This document shows, piece by piece, positions 20,839 through 40,191 of a DNA stretch of 64,000 nt. A model generated the notes under the pieces. That model worked only from the letters and a program-made list of their open reading frames with translations. It was not told the origin of the DNA and did not search any database. The stretch lies in NCBI RefSeq assembly GCF_009914755.1, contig NC_060948.1. One strand, written 5' to 3'. Positions within the stretch are counted from its first letter, which is position 1. The number at the start of each line of letters is the position of its first letter. A program made the translations under genes and the position numbers. The stretch is from the human T2T-CHM13v2.0 reference genome, Homo sapiens.

Positions 20839-22943
20839 AGATCCATATTTTTTAAATGAAAAAAAATTTCAAAGGTACTCTGCTTGGTACAATAATCAAA
20901 TGTATAAACTGAGGAATAAAACATAACCATGAAACCTACTTATAACTGCATATGGAAAATACAGAGGATAATTTTTTAAATAACATATTTTGAAAGCCTT
21001 AACTAGTAATTTGAAGAGTTGGCATTTGAAAGGCCAGTATGAATATACCTTCAAAGCAGCAACACAGGTTCCCCATGAGAAAAAGCAAACACAGGGAAAA
21101 TAAAAACACAAAGGTTCAATCTCTTCTGACCTTTGAAAGACACAGCACAGACAGTGGTCCTTAGGACGAAGAGCAGGAGACCCCTAATTCCGTCACCATG
21201 GCGATAGGGCATAAACATTGCTGGGTGAGGGCACAATCCACATTGTGAGGTCCAACTGCTGCCAGGAAGACAGGAGTGCTTTTACATAGACCGAAAGGTC
21301 ATTGAAGGCTCAGAGTTTTGTTTCAAGAACTGAATCCCAAGCCCACACGTTATTAGGCTGCGCTTCATAAAACAAGTTATGAGATGGGAAAAAGGACACC
21401 CACAAACATACGTATACATTATGTATATAATAATATACAGTATCATATATATAATATATATAACCTATGTATAATATTGTTTTACATCCTGCATCTTATG
21501 TCATATATATTGTATAAAATATAATAATTGATAATATATAAGTTTTATATTTATACAATATGACATATAGTATATATTATAATTTATGACATATATAATA
21601 TATGTTATATATCATATATAGAATATATTAAACGGTTAATATACGTATTAAATATAAATTATACATTATATATATTATATATAATATATCTGTTATATAT
21701 AATACCCATTATGCATAATAAATATTTTATGTCTATGTTATATATAGTATAAAACAACATATAATAATATATAATTGTATATATAAAATGCGACATATAA
21801 TATATATTATATTTTATAACATATGTAATATATATTATATATTATATATAATACGTTGAATGTATAATACCTATATTAAATATATATTATATGACTATGT
21901 TATTAATTACACTTCACATGTGTTATATATTATATATTTTACATAGAATATACCGGTTACATACAATATATACTATGTTACCTATAATGTATAATTTATT
22001 ACATGTAAAATAAAGAATGCAATATATTATGTATAATTTATAATATACAATATGTGGAATGTGATATATATAACATATAATATATGATATATGATATACA
22101 GTATATGATATATAACATACAATATATGATTCCTAATATATATGGTATACAATATATATTTTATGATATGTATTCTATATGTTTTATATTCTGTTATATA
22201 AAACTATTTGAAATTATATATAACTGTATAATATTTTATGTAAATATGTAATATAATATATATAACTATATAATATATTATATATAACTATATATTATGT
22301 TATATATACTTTTATAACATAATTTACATAAAATATCATAATATAATATATATTATATTATTTCATATTACATAATATATATTACATATCACCCAATATA
22401 ACTAACATACATAATAGTATAATATAGATTATATTGTGTTATATTAAATATCATATATATCATGTATCATATATTCTATAATATATATTACACATTATAT
22501 AATATGTATGTTGTCTATTATGTGATATATATAACTATATATATAATTATATTTTTATACATATAACTGGATAAACATGTAATTCTACATATTTTCATTT
22601 ATAATATGTAGAATTATATAATCATATATAATTATTTATATTCTATAAAAAATTTTATCATTATATAAATTATAATATATAAAAATTATAATATGTACTA
22701 CAAATATATATATTATATATCATATATGATATAGTACCTTTGTTATATATCATAATACATATAAATGTGTATTATGTTATCTATAATTATATAATTTCAT
22801 ATATAAGATTTATAATATGTATCATATATTATATATGTTATGTAATATATATAGTATATATAAGATGACACAGGATAAATATTATATACTATGACATATA
22901 AAATATATGAGGTTATATGTTACATATAAGGCATAGCACATAA

Positions 22944-23258
<315 letters not shown>

Positions 23259-25361
23259 AGATCCATATTTTTTAAATGAAAAAAAATTTCAAAGGTACTC
23301 TGCTTGGTACAATAATCAAATGTATAAACTGAGGAATAAAACATAACTATGAAACCTACTTATAACTGCATATGGAAAATACAGAGGATAATTTTTTAAA
23401 TAACATATTTTGAAAGCCTTAACTAGTAATTTGAAGAGCTGGCATTTGAAAGGCCAGTATGAATATACCTTCAAAGCAGCAACACAGGTTCCCCATGAGA
23501 AAAAGCAAACACAGGGAAAATAAAAACACAAAGGTTCAATCTCTTCTGACCTTTGAAAGACACAGCACAGACAGTGGTCCTTAGGACGAAGAGCGGGAGA
23601 CCCCTAATTCCGTCACCATGGCGATAGGGCATAAACATTGCTGGGTGAGGGCACAATCCACATTGTGAGGTCCAACTGCTGCCAGGAAGACAGGAGTGCT
23701 TTTACATAGACCGAAAGGTCATTGAAGGCTCAGAGTTTTGTTTCAAGAACTGAATCCCAAGCCCACACGTTATTAGGCTGCGCTTCTTAAAACAAGTTAT
23801 GAGATGGGGAAAAGGGCACCCACAAACATACGTATACATTATGTATATAATAATATACAGTATCATATATATAATATATATAACCTATGTATAATATTGT
23901 TTTACATCCTGCATCTTATGTTATATATATTGTATAAAATATAATAATTGATAATATATAAGTTTTATAATTATACAATATGACATATAGTATATATTAT
24001 AATTTATGACATATAATATATGTTATATGTCATATATAGAATATATTATACGGTTAATATACGTATTAAATATAAATTATACATTATATATATTATATAT
24101 AATATATCTGTTATATATAATACCCATTATGCATAATATATATATTATGTCTATGTTATATATAGTATAAAACAACATATAATAATATATAATTGTATAT
24201 ATAGAATGCGACATATAATATATATTATATTTTATAACATATGTAATATATGTTATATATTATATATAATACGTTGAATGTATAATACCTATATTAAATA
24301 TATATTATATGACTATGTTATTAATTACATGTCACAAGTGTTATATATTATATATTTTACATAGAATATACCGGTTACATACAATATATACTATGTTACC
24401 TATAATGTATAATTTATTACATGTAAAATAAAGAATGCAATATATTATGTATTATTTATAATATACAATATGTGGAATGTGATATATATAATATATAATA
24501 TATGATATATGATATACAGTATATGATATATAACATACAATATATGATTCCTAATATATATGGTATACAATATATATTTTATGATATGTATTCTATATGT
24601 TTTATATTCTGTCATATATAACTATTTGAAATTATATATAACTGTATAATATTTTATGTAAATATGTAATATAATATATATAATTATATAATATATTATA
24701 TATAACTATATATTATGTTACATATACTTTTATAACATAATTTACATAAAATATCATAATATAATATATATTATATTATTTCATATTACATAATATATAT
24801 TACATATCACCCAATATAACTAACATACATAATATTATAATATAGATTATATTATGTTATATTAAATATCATATATATCATGTATCATATATTCTATAAT
24901 ATATATTACACATTATATAATATGTATGTTGTCTATTATGTGATATATATAACTATATATATAATTATATTTTTATACATAGAACTAGATAAACATGTAA
25001 TTCTACATATTTTCATTTATAATATGTAGAATTATATAATCATATATAATTATTTATATTCTATAAAAAATTTTATCATTATATAAATTATAATATATAA
25101 AAATTATAATATGTACTACAAATATATATATTATATATCATATATGATATAGTACCTTTGTTATATATCATAATACATATAAATGTGTATTATGTTATCT
25201 ATAATTATATAATTTCATATATAAGATGTATAATATGTATCATATATTATATATGTTATGTAATATATATAGTATATATAAGATGACACAGGATAAATAT
25301 TATATACTATGACATATAAAATATATGAGGTTATATGTTACATATAAGGTATAGCACATAA

Positions 25362-25676
<315 letters not shown>

Positions 25677-27780
25677 AGATCCATATTTTTTAAATGAAAA
25701 AAAATTTCAAAGGTACTCTGCTTGGTACAATAATCAAATGTATAAACTGAGGAATAAAACATACCATGAAACCTACTTATAACTGCATATGGAAAATACA
25801 GAGGATAATTTTTTAAATAACATATTTTGAAAGCCTTAACTAGTAATTTGAAGAGTTGGCATTTGAAAGGCCAGTATGAATATACCTTCAAAGCAGCAAC
25901 ACAGGTTCCCCATGAGAAAAAGCAAACACAGGGAAAATAAAAACACAAAGGTTCAATCTCTTCTGACCTTTGAAAGACACAGCACAGACAGTGGTCCTTA
26001 GGGCGAAGAGCAGGAGACCCCTAATTCCGTCACCATGGCGATAGGGCATAAACATTGCTGGGTGAGGGCACAATCCACATTGTGAGGTCCAACTGCTGCC
26101 AGGAAGACAGGAGTGCTTTTACATAGACCGAAAGGTCATTGAAGGCTCAGAGTTTTGTTTCAAGAACTGAATCCCAAGCCCACACGTTATTAGGCTGCGC
26201 TTCTTAAAACAAGTTATGAGATGGGAAAAAGGGCACCCACAAACATACGTATACATTATGTATATAATAATATACAGTATCATATATATACTATATATAA
26301 CCTATGTATAATATTGTTTTACATCCTGCATCTTATGTTATATATATTGTATAAAATATAATAATTGATAATATATAAGTTTTATAATTATACAATATGA
26401 CATATAGTGTATATTATAATATATGACATATATAATATATGTTATATATCATATATAGAGTATATTATACGGTTAATATACGTATTAAATATAAATTATA
26501 CCTTATATATATTATATATAATATATCTGTTATATATAATACCCATTATGCATAATATATATATTATGTCTATGTTATATATAGTATAAAACAACATATA
26601 ATAATATATATTTGTATATATAAAATGCGACATATAATATATATTATATTTTATAACATATGTAATATATATTATATATTATATATAATACGTTGTATGT
26701 ATAATACCTATATTAAATATATATTATATGAATATGTTATTAATTACATGTCACATGTGTTATATATTATATATTTTACATAGAATATACCGGTTACATA
26801 CAATATATACTATGTTACCTATAATGTATAATTTATTACATTTAAAATAAAGAATGCAATATATTATGTATAATTTATAATATACAATATGTGGAATGTG
26901 ATATATATAACATATAATATATGATATATGATATACAGTATATGATATATAACATACAATATATGATTCCTAATATATATGGTATACAATATATATTTTA
27001 TGATATGTATTCTATATGTTTTATATTCTGTCATATAAAACTATTTGAAATTATATATAACTGTATAATATTTTATGTAAATATGTAATATAATATATAT
27101 AACTATATAATATATTATATATAACTATATATTATGTTATATATACTTTTATAACATAATTTACATAAAATATCATAATATAATATATATTATATTATTT
27201 CATATTACATAATATATATTACATATCACCCAATATAACTAACATACATAATATTATAATATAGATTATATTGTGTTATATTAAATATCATATATATCAT
27301 GTATCATATATTCTATAATATATATTACACATTATATAATATGTATGTTGTCTATTATGTGATATATATAACTATATATATAATTATATTTTTATACATA
27401 TAACTGGATAAACATGTAATTCTACATATTTTCATTTATAATATGTAGAATTATATAATCATATATAATTATTTATATTCTATAAAAAATTTTATCATTA
27501 TATAAATTATAATATATAAAAATTATAATATGTACTACAAATATATATATTATATATCATATATGATATAGTACCTTTGTTATATATCATAATACATATA
27601 AATGTGTATTATGTTATCTATAATTATATAATTTCATATATAAGATGTACAATATGTATCATATATTATATATGTTATGTAATATATATAGTATATATAA
27701 GATGACACAGGATAAATATTATATACTATGACATATAAAATATATGAGGTTATATGTTACATATAAGGCATAGCACATAA

Positions 27781-28095
<315 letters not shown>

Positions 28096-30200
28096 AGATC
28101 CATATTTTTTAAATGAAAAAAAATTTCAAAGGTACTCTGCTTGGTACAATAATCAAATGTATAAACTGAGGAATAAAACATAACCATGAAACCTACTTAT
28201 AACTGCATATGGAAAATACAGAGGATAATTTTTTAAATAACATATTTTGAAAGCCTTAACTAGTAATTTGAAGAGTTGGCATTTGAAAGGCCAGTATGAA
28301 TATACCTTCAAAGCAGCAACACAGGTTCCCCATGAGAAAAAGCAAACACAGGGAAAATAAAAACACAAAGGTTCAATCTCTTCTGACCTTTGAAAGACAC
28401 AGCACAGACAGTGGTCCTTAGGACGAAGAGCAGGAGACCCCTAATTCCGTCACCATGGCGATAGGGCATAAACATTGCTGGGTGAGGGCACAATCCACAT
28501 TGTGAGGTCCAACTGCTGCCAGGAAGACAGGAGTGCTTTTACATAGACCGAAAGGTCATTGAAGGCTCAGAGTTTTGTTTCAAGAACTGAATCCCAAGCC
28601 CACACGTTATTAGGCTGCGCTTCTTAAAACAAGTTATGAGATGGGAAAAAGGACACCCACAAACATACGTATACATTATGTATATAATAATATACAGTAT
28701 CATATATATAATATATATAACCTATGTATAATATTGTTTTACATCCTGCATCTTATGTCATATATATTGTATAAAATATAATAGTTGATAATATATAAGT
28801 TTTATATTTATACAATATGACATATAGTATATATTATAATTTATGACATATATAATATATGTTATATATCATATATAGAATATATTATACGGTTAATATA
28901 CGTATTAAATATAAATTATACATTATATATATTATATATAATATATCTGTTATATATAATACCCATTATGCCTAATATATATATTATGTCTATGTTATAT
29001 ATAGTATAAAACAACATATAATAATATATAATTGTATATATAAAATGCGACATATAATATATATTATATTTTATAACATATGTAATATATATTATATATT
29101 ATATATAATACGTTGTATGTATAATACCTATATTAAATATATATTATATGACTATGTTATTAATTACATGTCACATGTGTTATATATTATATATTATACA
29201 TAGAATATACCGGTTACATACAATATATACTATGTTACCTATAATTTATAATTTATTACATGTAAAATAAAGAATGCAATATATTATGTATAATTTATAA
29301 TATACAATATGTGGAATGTGATATATATAACATATAATATATGATATATGATATACAGTATATGATATATAACATACAATATATGATTCCTAATATATAT
29401 GGTATACAATATATATTTTATGATATGTATTCTATATGTTTTACATTCTGTTATATATAACTATTTGAAATTATATATAACTGTATAATATTTTATGTAA
29501 ATATGTAATATAATATATATAACTATATAATATATTATATATAACTATATATTATGTTATATATACTTTTATAACATAATTTACATAAAATATCATAATA
29601 TAATATATATTATATTATTTCATATTACATAATATATATTACATATCACCCAATATAACTAACATACAGAATATTATAATATAGATTATATTGTGTTATA
29701 TTAATTATCATATATATCATGTATCATATATTCTATAATATATATTACACATTATATAATATGTATGTTGTCTATTATGTGATATATATAACTATATATA
29801 TAATTATATTTTTATACATATAACTGGATAAACATGTAATTCTACATATTTTCATTTATAATATGTAGAATTATATAATCATATATAATTATTTATATTC
29901 TATAAAAAATTTTATCATTATATAAATTATAATATATAAAAATTATAATATGTACTACAAATATATATATTATATATCATATATGATATAGTACCTTTGT
30001 TATATATCATAATACATATAAAAGTGTATTATGTTATGTATAATTATATAATTTCATATATAAGATGTATAATATGTATCATATATTATATATGTTATGT
30101 AATATATATAGTATATATAAGATGACACAGGATAAATATTATATACTATGACATATAAAATATATGAGGTTATATGTTACATATAAGGCATAGCACATAA

Positions 30201-30515
<315 letters not shown>

Positions 30516-32618
30516 AGATCCATATTTTTTAAATGAAAAAAAATTTCAAAGGTACTCTGCTTGGTACAATAATCAAATGTATAAACTGAGGAATAAAACA
30601 TAACCATGAAACCTACTTATAACTGCATATGGAAAATACAGAGGATAATTTTTTAAATAACATATTTTGAAAGCCTTAACTAGTAATTTGAAGAGTTGGC
30701 ATTTGAAAGGCCAGTATGAATATACCTTCAAAGCAGCAACACAGGTTCCCCATGAGAAAAAGCAAACACAGGGAAAATAAAAACACAAAGGTTCAATCTC
30801 TTCTGACCTTTGAAAGACACAGCACAGACAGTGGTCCTTAGGACGAAGAGCAGGAGACCCCTAATTCCGTCACCATGGCGATAGGGCATAAACATTGCTG
30901 GGTGAGGGCACAATCCACATTGTGAGGTCCAACTGCTGCCAGGAAGACAGGAGTGCTTTTACATAGACCGAAAGGTCATTGAAGGCTCAGAGTTTTGTTT
31001 CAAGAACTGAATCCCAAGCCCACACGTTATTAGGCTGCGCTTCTTAAAACAAGTTATGAGATGGGAAAAAGGGCACCCACAAACATACGTATACATTATG
31101 TATATAATAATATACAGTATCATATATATAATATATATAACCTATGTATAAAATTGTTTTACATCCTGCATCTAATGTTATATATATTGTATAAAATATA
31201 ATAATTGATAATATATAAGTTTTATAATTATACAATATGACATATAGTATATATTATAATTTATGACATATATAATATATGTTATATGTCATATATAGAA
31301 TATATTATACGGTTAATATACGTATTAAATATAAATTATACATTATATATATTATATATAATATATCTGTTATATATAATACCCATTATGCATAATATAT
31401 ATATTATGTCTATGTTATATATAGTATAAAACAACATATAATAATATATAATTGTATATATAAAATGCGACATATAATATATATTATATTTTATAACATA
31501 TGTAATATATATTATATATTATATATAATACGTTGTATGTATAATACCTATATTAAATATATATTATATGACTATGTTATTAATTACATGTCACATGTGT
31601 TATATATTATATATTTTACATAGAATATACCGGTTACATACAATATATACTATGTTACCTATAATGTATAATTTATTACAAGTAAAATAAAGAATGCAAT
31701 ATATTATGTATAATTTATAATATACCATATGTGGAATGTGATATATATAACATATAATATATGATATATGATATACAGTATATGATATATAACATACAAT
31801 ATATGATTCCTAATATATATGGTATACAATATATATTTTATGATATGTATTCTATATGTTTTATATTCTGTTATATATAACTATTTGAAATTATATATAA
31901 CTGTATAATATTTTATGTAAATATGTAATATAATATATATAACTATATAATATATTATATATAACTATATATTATGTTATATATACTTTTATAACATAAT
32001 TTACATAAAATATCATAATATAATATATATTATATTATTTCATATTACATAATATATATTACATATCACCCAATATAACTAACATACATAATATTATAAT
32101 ATAGATTATATTATGTTATATTAAATATCATATATATCATGTATCATATATTCTATAATATGTATTACACATTATATAATATGTATGTTGTCTATTATGT
32201 GATATATATAACTATATATAATTATATTTTTATACATATAACTAGATAAACATGTAATTCTACATATTTTCATTTATAATATGTATAATTATATAATCAT
32301 ATATAATTATTTATATTCTATAAAAAATTTTATCATTATATAAATTATAATATATAAAAATTATAATATGTACTACAAATATATATATTATATATCATAT
32401 ATGATATAGTACCATTGTTATATTTCATAATACATATAAATGTGTATTATGTTATCTATAATTATATAATTTCATATATAAGATGTATAATGTGTATCAT
32501 AAATTATATATGTTATGTAATATATATAGTATATATAAGATGACACAGGATAAATATTATATACTATGACATATAAAATATATGAGGTTATATGTTACAT
32601 ATAAGGCATAGCACATAA

Positions 32619-32933
<315 letters not shown>

Positions 32934-35038
32934 AGATCCATATTTTTTAAATGAAAAAAAATTTCAAAGGTACTCTGCTTGGTACAATAATCAAATGTAT
33001 AAACTGAGGAATAAAACATAACCATGAAACCTACTTATAACTGCATATGGAAAATACAGAGGATAATTTTTTAAATAACATATTTTGAAAGCCTTAACTA
33101 GTAATTTGAAGAGTTGGCATTTGAAAGGCCAGTATGAATATACCTTCAAAGCAGCAACACAGGTTCCCCATGAGAAAAAGCAAACACAGGGAAAATAAAA
33201 ACACAAAGGTTCAATCTCTTCTGACCTTTGAAAGACACAGCACAGACAGTGGTCCTTAGGACGAAGAGCAGGAGACCCCTAATTCCGTCACCATGGCGAT
33301 AGGGCATAAACATTGCTGGGTGAGGGCACAATCCACATTGTGAGGTCCAACTGCTGCCAGGAAGACAGGAGTGCTTTTACATAGACCGAAAGGTCATTGA
33401 AGGCTCAGAGTTTTCTTTCAAGAACTGAATCCCAAGCCCACACGTTATTAGGCTGCGCTTCTTAAAACAAGTTATGAGATGGGAAAAAGGGCACCCACAA
33501 ACATACGTATACATTATGTATATAATAATATACAGTATCATATATATAATATATATAACCTATGTATAATATTGTTTTACATCCTGCATCTTATGTTATA
33601 TATATTGTATAAAATATAATAATTGATAATATATAAGTTTTATAATTATACAATATGACATATAGTATATATTATAATTTATGACATATATAATATATGT
33701 TATATGTCATATATAGAATATATTATACGGTTAATATACGTATTAAATATAAATTATACATTATATATATTATATATAATATATCTGTTATATATAATAC
33801 CCATTATGCATAATATATATATTATGTCTATGTTATATATAGTATAAAACAACATATAATAATATATAATTGTATATATAAAATGCGACATATAATATAT
33901 ATTATATTTTATAACATATGTAATATATATTATATATTATATATAATACGTTGTATGTATAATACCTATATTAAATATATATTATATGACTATGTTATTA
34001 ATTACGTGTCACATGTGTTATATATTATATATTTTACATAGAATATACCGGTTACATACAATATATACTATGTTACCTATAATGTATAATTTATTACATG
34101 TAAAATAAACAATGCAATATATTATGTATAATTTATAATATACAATATGTGGAATGTGATATATATAACATATAATATATGATATATGATATACAGTATA
34201 TGATATATAACATACAATATATGATTCCTAATATATATGGTATACAATATATATTTTATGATATGTATTCTATATGTTTTACATTCTGTTATATATAACT
34301 ATTTGAAATTATATATAACTGTATAATATTTTATGTAAATATGTAATATAATATATATAACTATATAATATATTATATATAACTATATATTATGTTATAT
34401 ATACTTTTATAACATAATTTACATAAAATATCATAATATAATATATATTATATTATTTCATATTACATAATATATATTACATATCACCCAATATAACTAA
34501 CATACATAATATTATAATATAGATTATATTGTGTTATATTAAATATCATATATATCATGTATCATATATTCTATAATATATATTACACATTATATAATAT
34601 GTATGTTGTCTATTATGTGATATATATAACTATATATATAATTATATTTTTATACATATAACTAGATAAACATGTAATTCTACATATTTTCATTTATAAT
34701 ATGTAGAATTATATAATCATATATAATTATTTATATTCTATAAAAAATTTTATCATTATATAAATTATAATATATAAAAATTATAATATGTACTACAAAT
34801 ATATATATTATATATCATATATGATATAGTACCTTTGTTATATATCATAATACATATAAAAGTGTATTATGTTATGTATAATTATATAATTTCATATATA
34901 AGATGTATAATATGTATCATATATTATATATGTTATGTAATATATATAGTATATATAAGATGACACAGGATAAATATTATATACTATGACATATAAAATA
35001 TATGAGGTTATATGTTACATATAAGGCATAGCACATAA

Positions 35039-35353
<315 letters not shown>

Positions 35354-37456
35354 AGATCCATATTTTTTAAATGAAAAAAAATTTCAAAGGTACTCTGCTT
35401 GGTACAATAATCAAATGTATAAACTGAGGAATAAAACATAACCATGAAACCTACTTATAACTGCATATGGAAAATACAGAGGATAATTTTTTAAATAACA
35501 TATTTTGAAAGCCTTAACTAGTAATTTGAAGAGTTGGCATTTGAAAGGCCAGTATGAATATACCTTCAAAGCAGCAACACAGGTTCCCCATGAGAAAAAG
35601 CAAACACAGGGAAAATAAAAACACAAAGGTTCAATCTCTTCTGACCTTTGAAAGACACAGCACAGACAGTGGTCCTTAGGACGAAGAGCAGGAGACCCCT
35701 AATTCCGTCACCATGGCGATAGGGCATAAACATTGCTGGGTGAGGGCACAATCCACATTGTGAGGTCCAACTGCTGCCAGGAAGACAGGAGTGCTTTTAC
35801 ATAGACCGAAAGGTCATTGAAGGCTCAGAGTTTTGTTTCAAGAACTGAATCCCAAGCCCACACGTTATTAGGCTGCGCTTCTTAAAACAAGTTATGAGAT
35901 GGGAAAAAGGGCACCCACAAACATACGTATACATTATGTATATAATAATATACAGTATCATATATATAATATATATAACCTATGTATAAAATTGTTTTAC
36001 ATCCTGCATCTAATGTTATATATATTGTATAAAATATAATAATTGATAATATATAAGTTTTATAATTATACAATATGACATATAGTATATATTATAATTT
36101 ATGACATATATAATATATGTTATATGTCATATATAGAATATATTATACGGTTAATATACGTATTAAATATAAATTATACATTATATATATTATATATAAT
36201 ATATCTGTTATATATAATACCCATTATGCATAATATATATATTATGTCTATGTTATATATAGTATAAAACAACATATAATAATATATAATTGTATATATA
36301 AAATGCGACATATAATATATATTATATTTTATAACATATGTAATATATATTATATATTATATATAATACGTTGTATGTATAATACCTATATTAAATATAT
36401 ATTATATGACTATGTTATTAATTACATGTCACATGTGTTATATATTATATATTTTACATAGAATATACCGGTTACATACAATATATACTATGTTACCTAT
36501 AATGTATAATTTATTACAAGTAAAATAAAGAATGCAATATATTATGTATAATTTATAATATACCATATGTGGAATGTGATATATATAACATATAATATAT
36601 GATATATGATATACAGTATATGATATATAACATACAATATATGATTCCTAATATATATGGTATACAATATATATTTTATGATATGTATTCTATATGTTTT
36701 ATATTCTGTTATATATAACTATTTGAAATTATATATAACTGTATAATATTTTATGTAAATATGTAATATAATATATATAACTATATAATATATTATATAT
36801 AACTATATATTATGTTATATATACTTTTATAACATAATTTACATAAAATATCATAATATAATATATATTATATTATTTCATATTACATAATATATATTAC
36901 ATATCACCCAATATAACTAACATACATAATATTATAATATAGATTATATTATGTTATATTAAATATCATATATATCATGTATCATATATTCTATAATATG
37001 TATTACACATTATATAATATGTATGTTGTCTATTATGTGATATATATAACTATATATAATTATATTTTTATACATATAACTAGATAAACATGTAATTCTA
37101 CATATTTTCATTTATAATATGTATAATTATATAATCATATATAATTATTTATATTCTATAAAAAATTTTATCATTATATAAATTATAATATATAAAAATT
37201 ATAATATGTACTACAAATATATATATTATATATCATATATGATATAGTACCATTGTTATATTTCATAATACATATAAATGTGTATTATGTTATCTATAAT
37301 TATATAATTTCATATATAAGATGTATAATGTGTATCATAAATTATATATGTTATGTAATATATATAGTATATATAAGATGACACAGGATAAATATTATAT
37401 ACTATGACATATAAAATATATGAGGTTATATGTTACATATAAGGCATAGCACATAA

Positions 37457-37771
<315 letters not shown>

Positions 37772-39899
37772 AGATCCATATTTTTTAAATGAAAAAAAAT
37801 TTCAAAGGTACTCTGCTTGGTACAATAATCAAATGTATAAACTGAGGAATAAAACATAACCATGAAACCTACTTATAACTGCATATGGAAAATACAGAGG
37901 ATAATTTTTTAAATAACATATTTTGAAAGCCTTAACTAGTAATTTGAAGAGTTGGCATTTGAAAGGCCAGTATGAATATACCTTCAAAGCAGCAACACAG
38001 GTTCCCCATGAGAAAAAGCAAACACAGGGAAAATAAAAACACAAAGGTTCAATCTCTTCTGACCTTTGAAAGACACAGCACAGACAGTGGTCCTTAGGAC
38101 GAAGAGCAGGAGACCCCTAATTCCGTCACCATGGCGATAGGGCATAAACATTGCTGGGTGAGGGCACAATCCACATTGTGAGGTCCAACTGCTGCCAGGA
38201 AGACAGGAGTGCTTTTACATAGACCGAAAGGTCATTGAAGGCTCAGAGTTTTCTTTCAAGAACTGAATCCCAAGCCCACACGTTATTAGGCTGCGCTTCT
38301 TAAAACAAGTTATGAGATGGGAAAAAGGGCACCCACAAACATACGTATACATTATGTATATAATAATATACAGTATCATATATATAATATATATAACCTA
38401 TGTATAATATTGTTTTACATCCTGCATCTTATGTTATATATATTGTATAAAATATAATAATTGATAATATATAAGTTTTATAATTATACAATATGACATA
38501 TAGTATATATTATAATTTATGACATATATAATATATGTTATATGTCATATATAGAATATATTATACGGTTAATATACGTATTAAATATAAATTATACATT
38601 ATATATATTATATATAATATATCTGTTATATATAATACCCATTATGCATAATATATATATTATGTCTATGTTATATATAGTATAAAACAACATATAATAA
38701 TATATAATTGTATATATAAAATGCGACATATAATATATATTATATTTTATAACATATGTAATATATATTATATATTATATATAATACGTTGTATGTATAA
38801 TACCTATATTAAATATATATTATATGACTATGTTATTAATTACGTGTCACATGTGTTATATATTATATATTTTACATAGAATATACCGGTTACATACAAT
38901 ATATACTATGTTACCTATAATGTATAATTTATTACATGTAAAATAAACAATGCAATATATTATGTATAATTTATAATATACAATATGTGGAATGTGATAT
39001 ATATAACATATAATATATGATATATGATATACAGTATATGATATATAACATACAATATATGATTCCTAATATATATGGTATACAATATATATTTTATGAT
39101 ATGTATTCTATATGTTTTACATTCTGTTATATATAACTATTTGAAATTATATATAACTGTATAATATTTTATGTAAATATGTAATATAATATATATAACT
39201 ATATAATATATTATATATAACTATATATTATGTTATATATACTTTTATAACATAATTTACATAAAATATCATAATATAATATATATTATATTATTTCATA
39301 TTACATAATATATATTACATATCACCCAATATAACTAACATACATAATATTATAATATAGATTATATTGTGTTATATTAAATATCATATATATCATGTAT
39401 CATATATTCTATAATATATATTACACATTATATAATATGTATGTTGTCTATTATGTGATATATATAACTATATATATAATTATATTTTTATACATATAAC
39501 TAGATAAACATGTAATTCTACATATTTTCATTTATAATATGTATAATTATATAATCATATATAATTATTTATATTCTATAAAAAATTTTATCATTATATA
39601 AATTATAATATATAAAAATTATAATATGTACTACAAATATATATATTATATATCATATATGATATAGTACTATTGTTATATTTCATAATACATATAAATG
39701 TGTATTATGTTATCTATAATTATATAATTTCATATATAAGATGTATAATATGTATCATAAATTATATATGTTGTGTAATATATATAGTATATATAAGATG
39801 ACACAGGATAAATATTATATACTATGACATATAAAATATATGAGGTTATATGTTACATATAAGGCATAGCACATAACATGTAATATATATCATATATAA

Positions 39900-40191
39900 T
39901 TTTTTTTTAGACAGAATCTTGTCCTGTTGCACAGGGTGGGGTACAATGGCGCCATCTTTGCTGACTGCAAATTCTGCCTCACGGGTCCAAGCGATTGTCC
40001 TCCCTCAGCCTCCCAGGTAGCTGGGACTACACCACACTGGGACTATACCAGCTGCCACCATGCCTAGCTAATTTTTTGGATTTTTAGTAGTGACAGCGTT
40101 TCACTGTATTGGCCAGGATGGTCTTGATCTCTTCACCTTGTGATCCCCTTGCCTTGGCCTCCAAATTTGCTGGGATTACAGGCCTGAGCCA
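39900..40191 (-). mobile_element. Alu copy 17
   Basis: T9-agacag ... ctgagcca. Confidence 0.95.
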
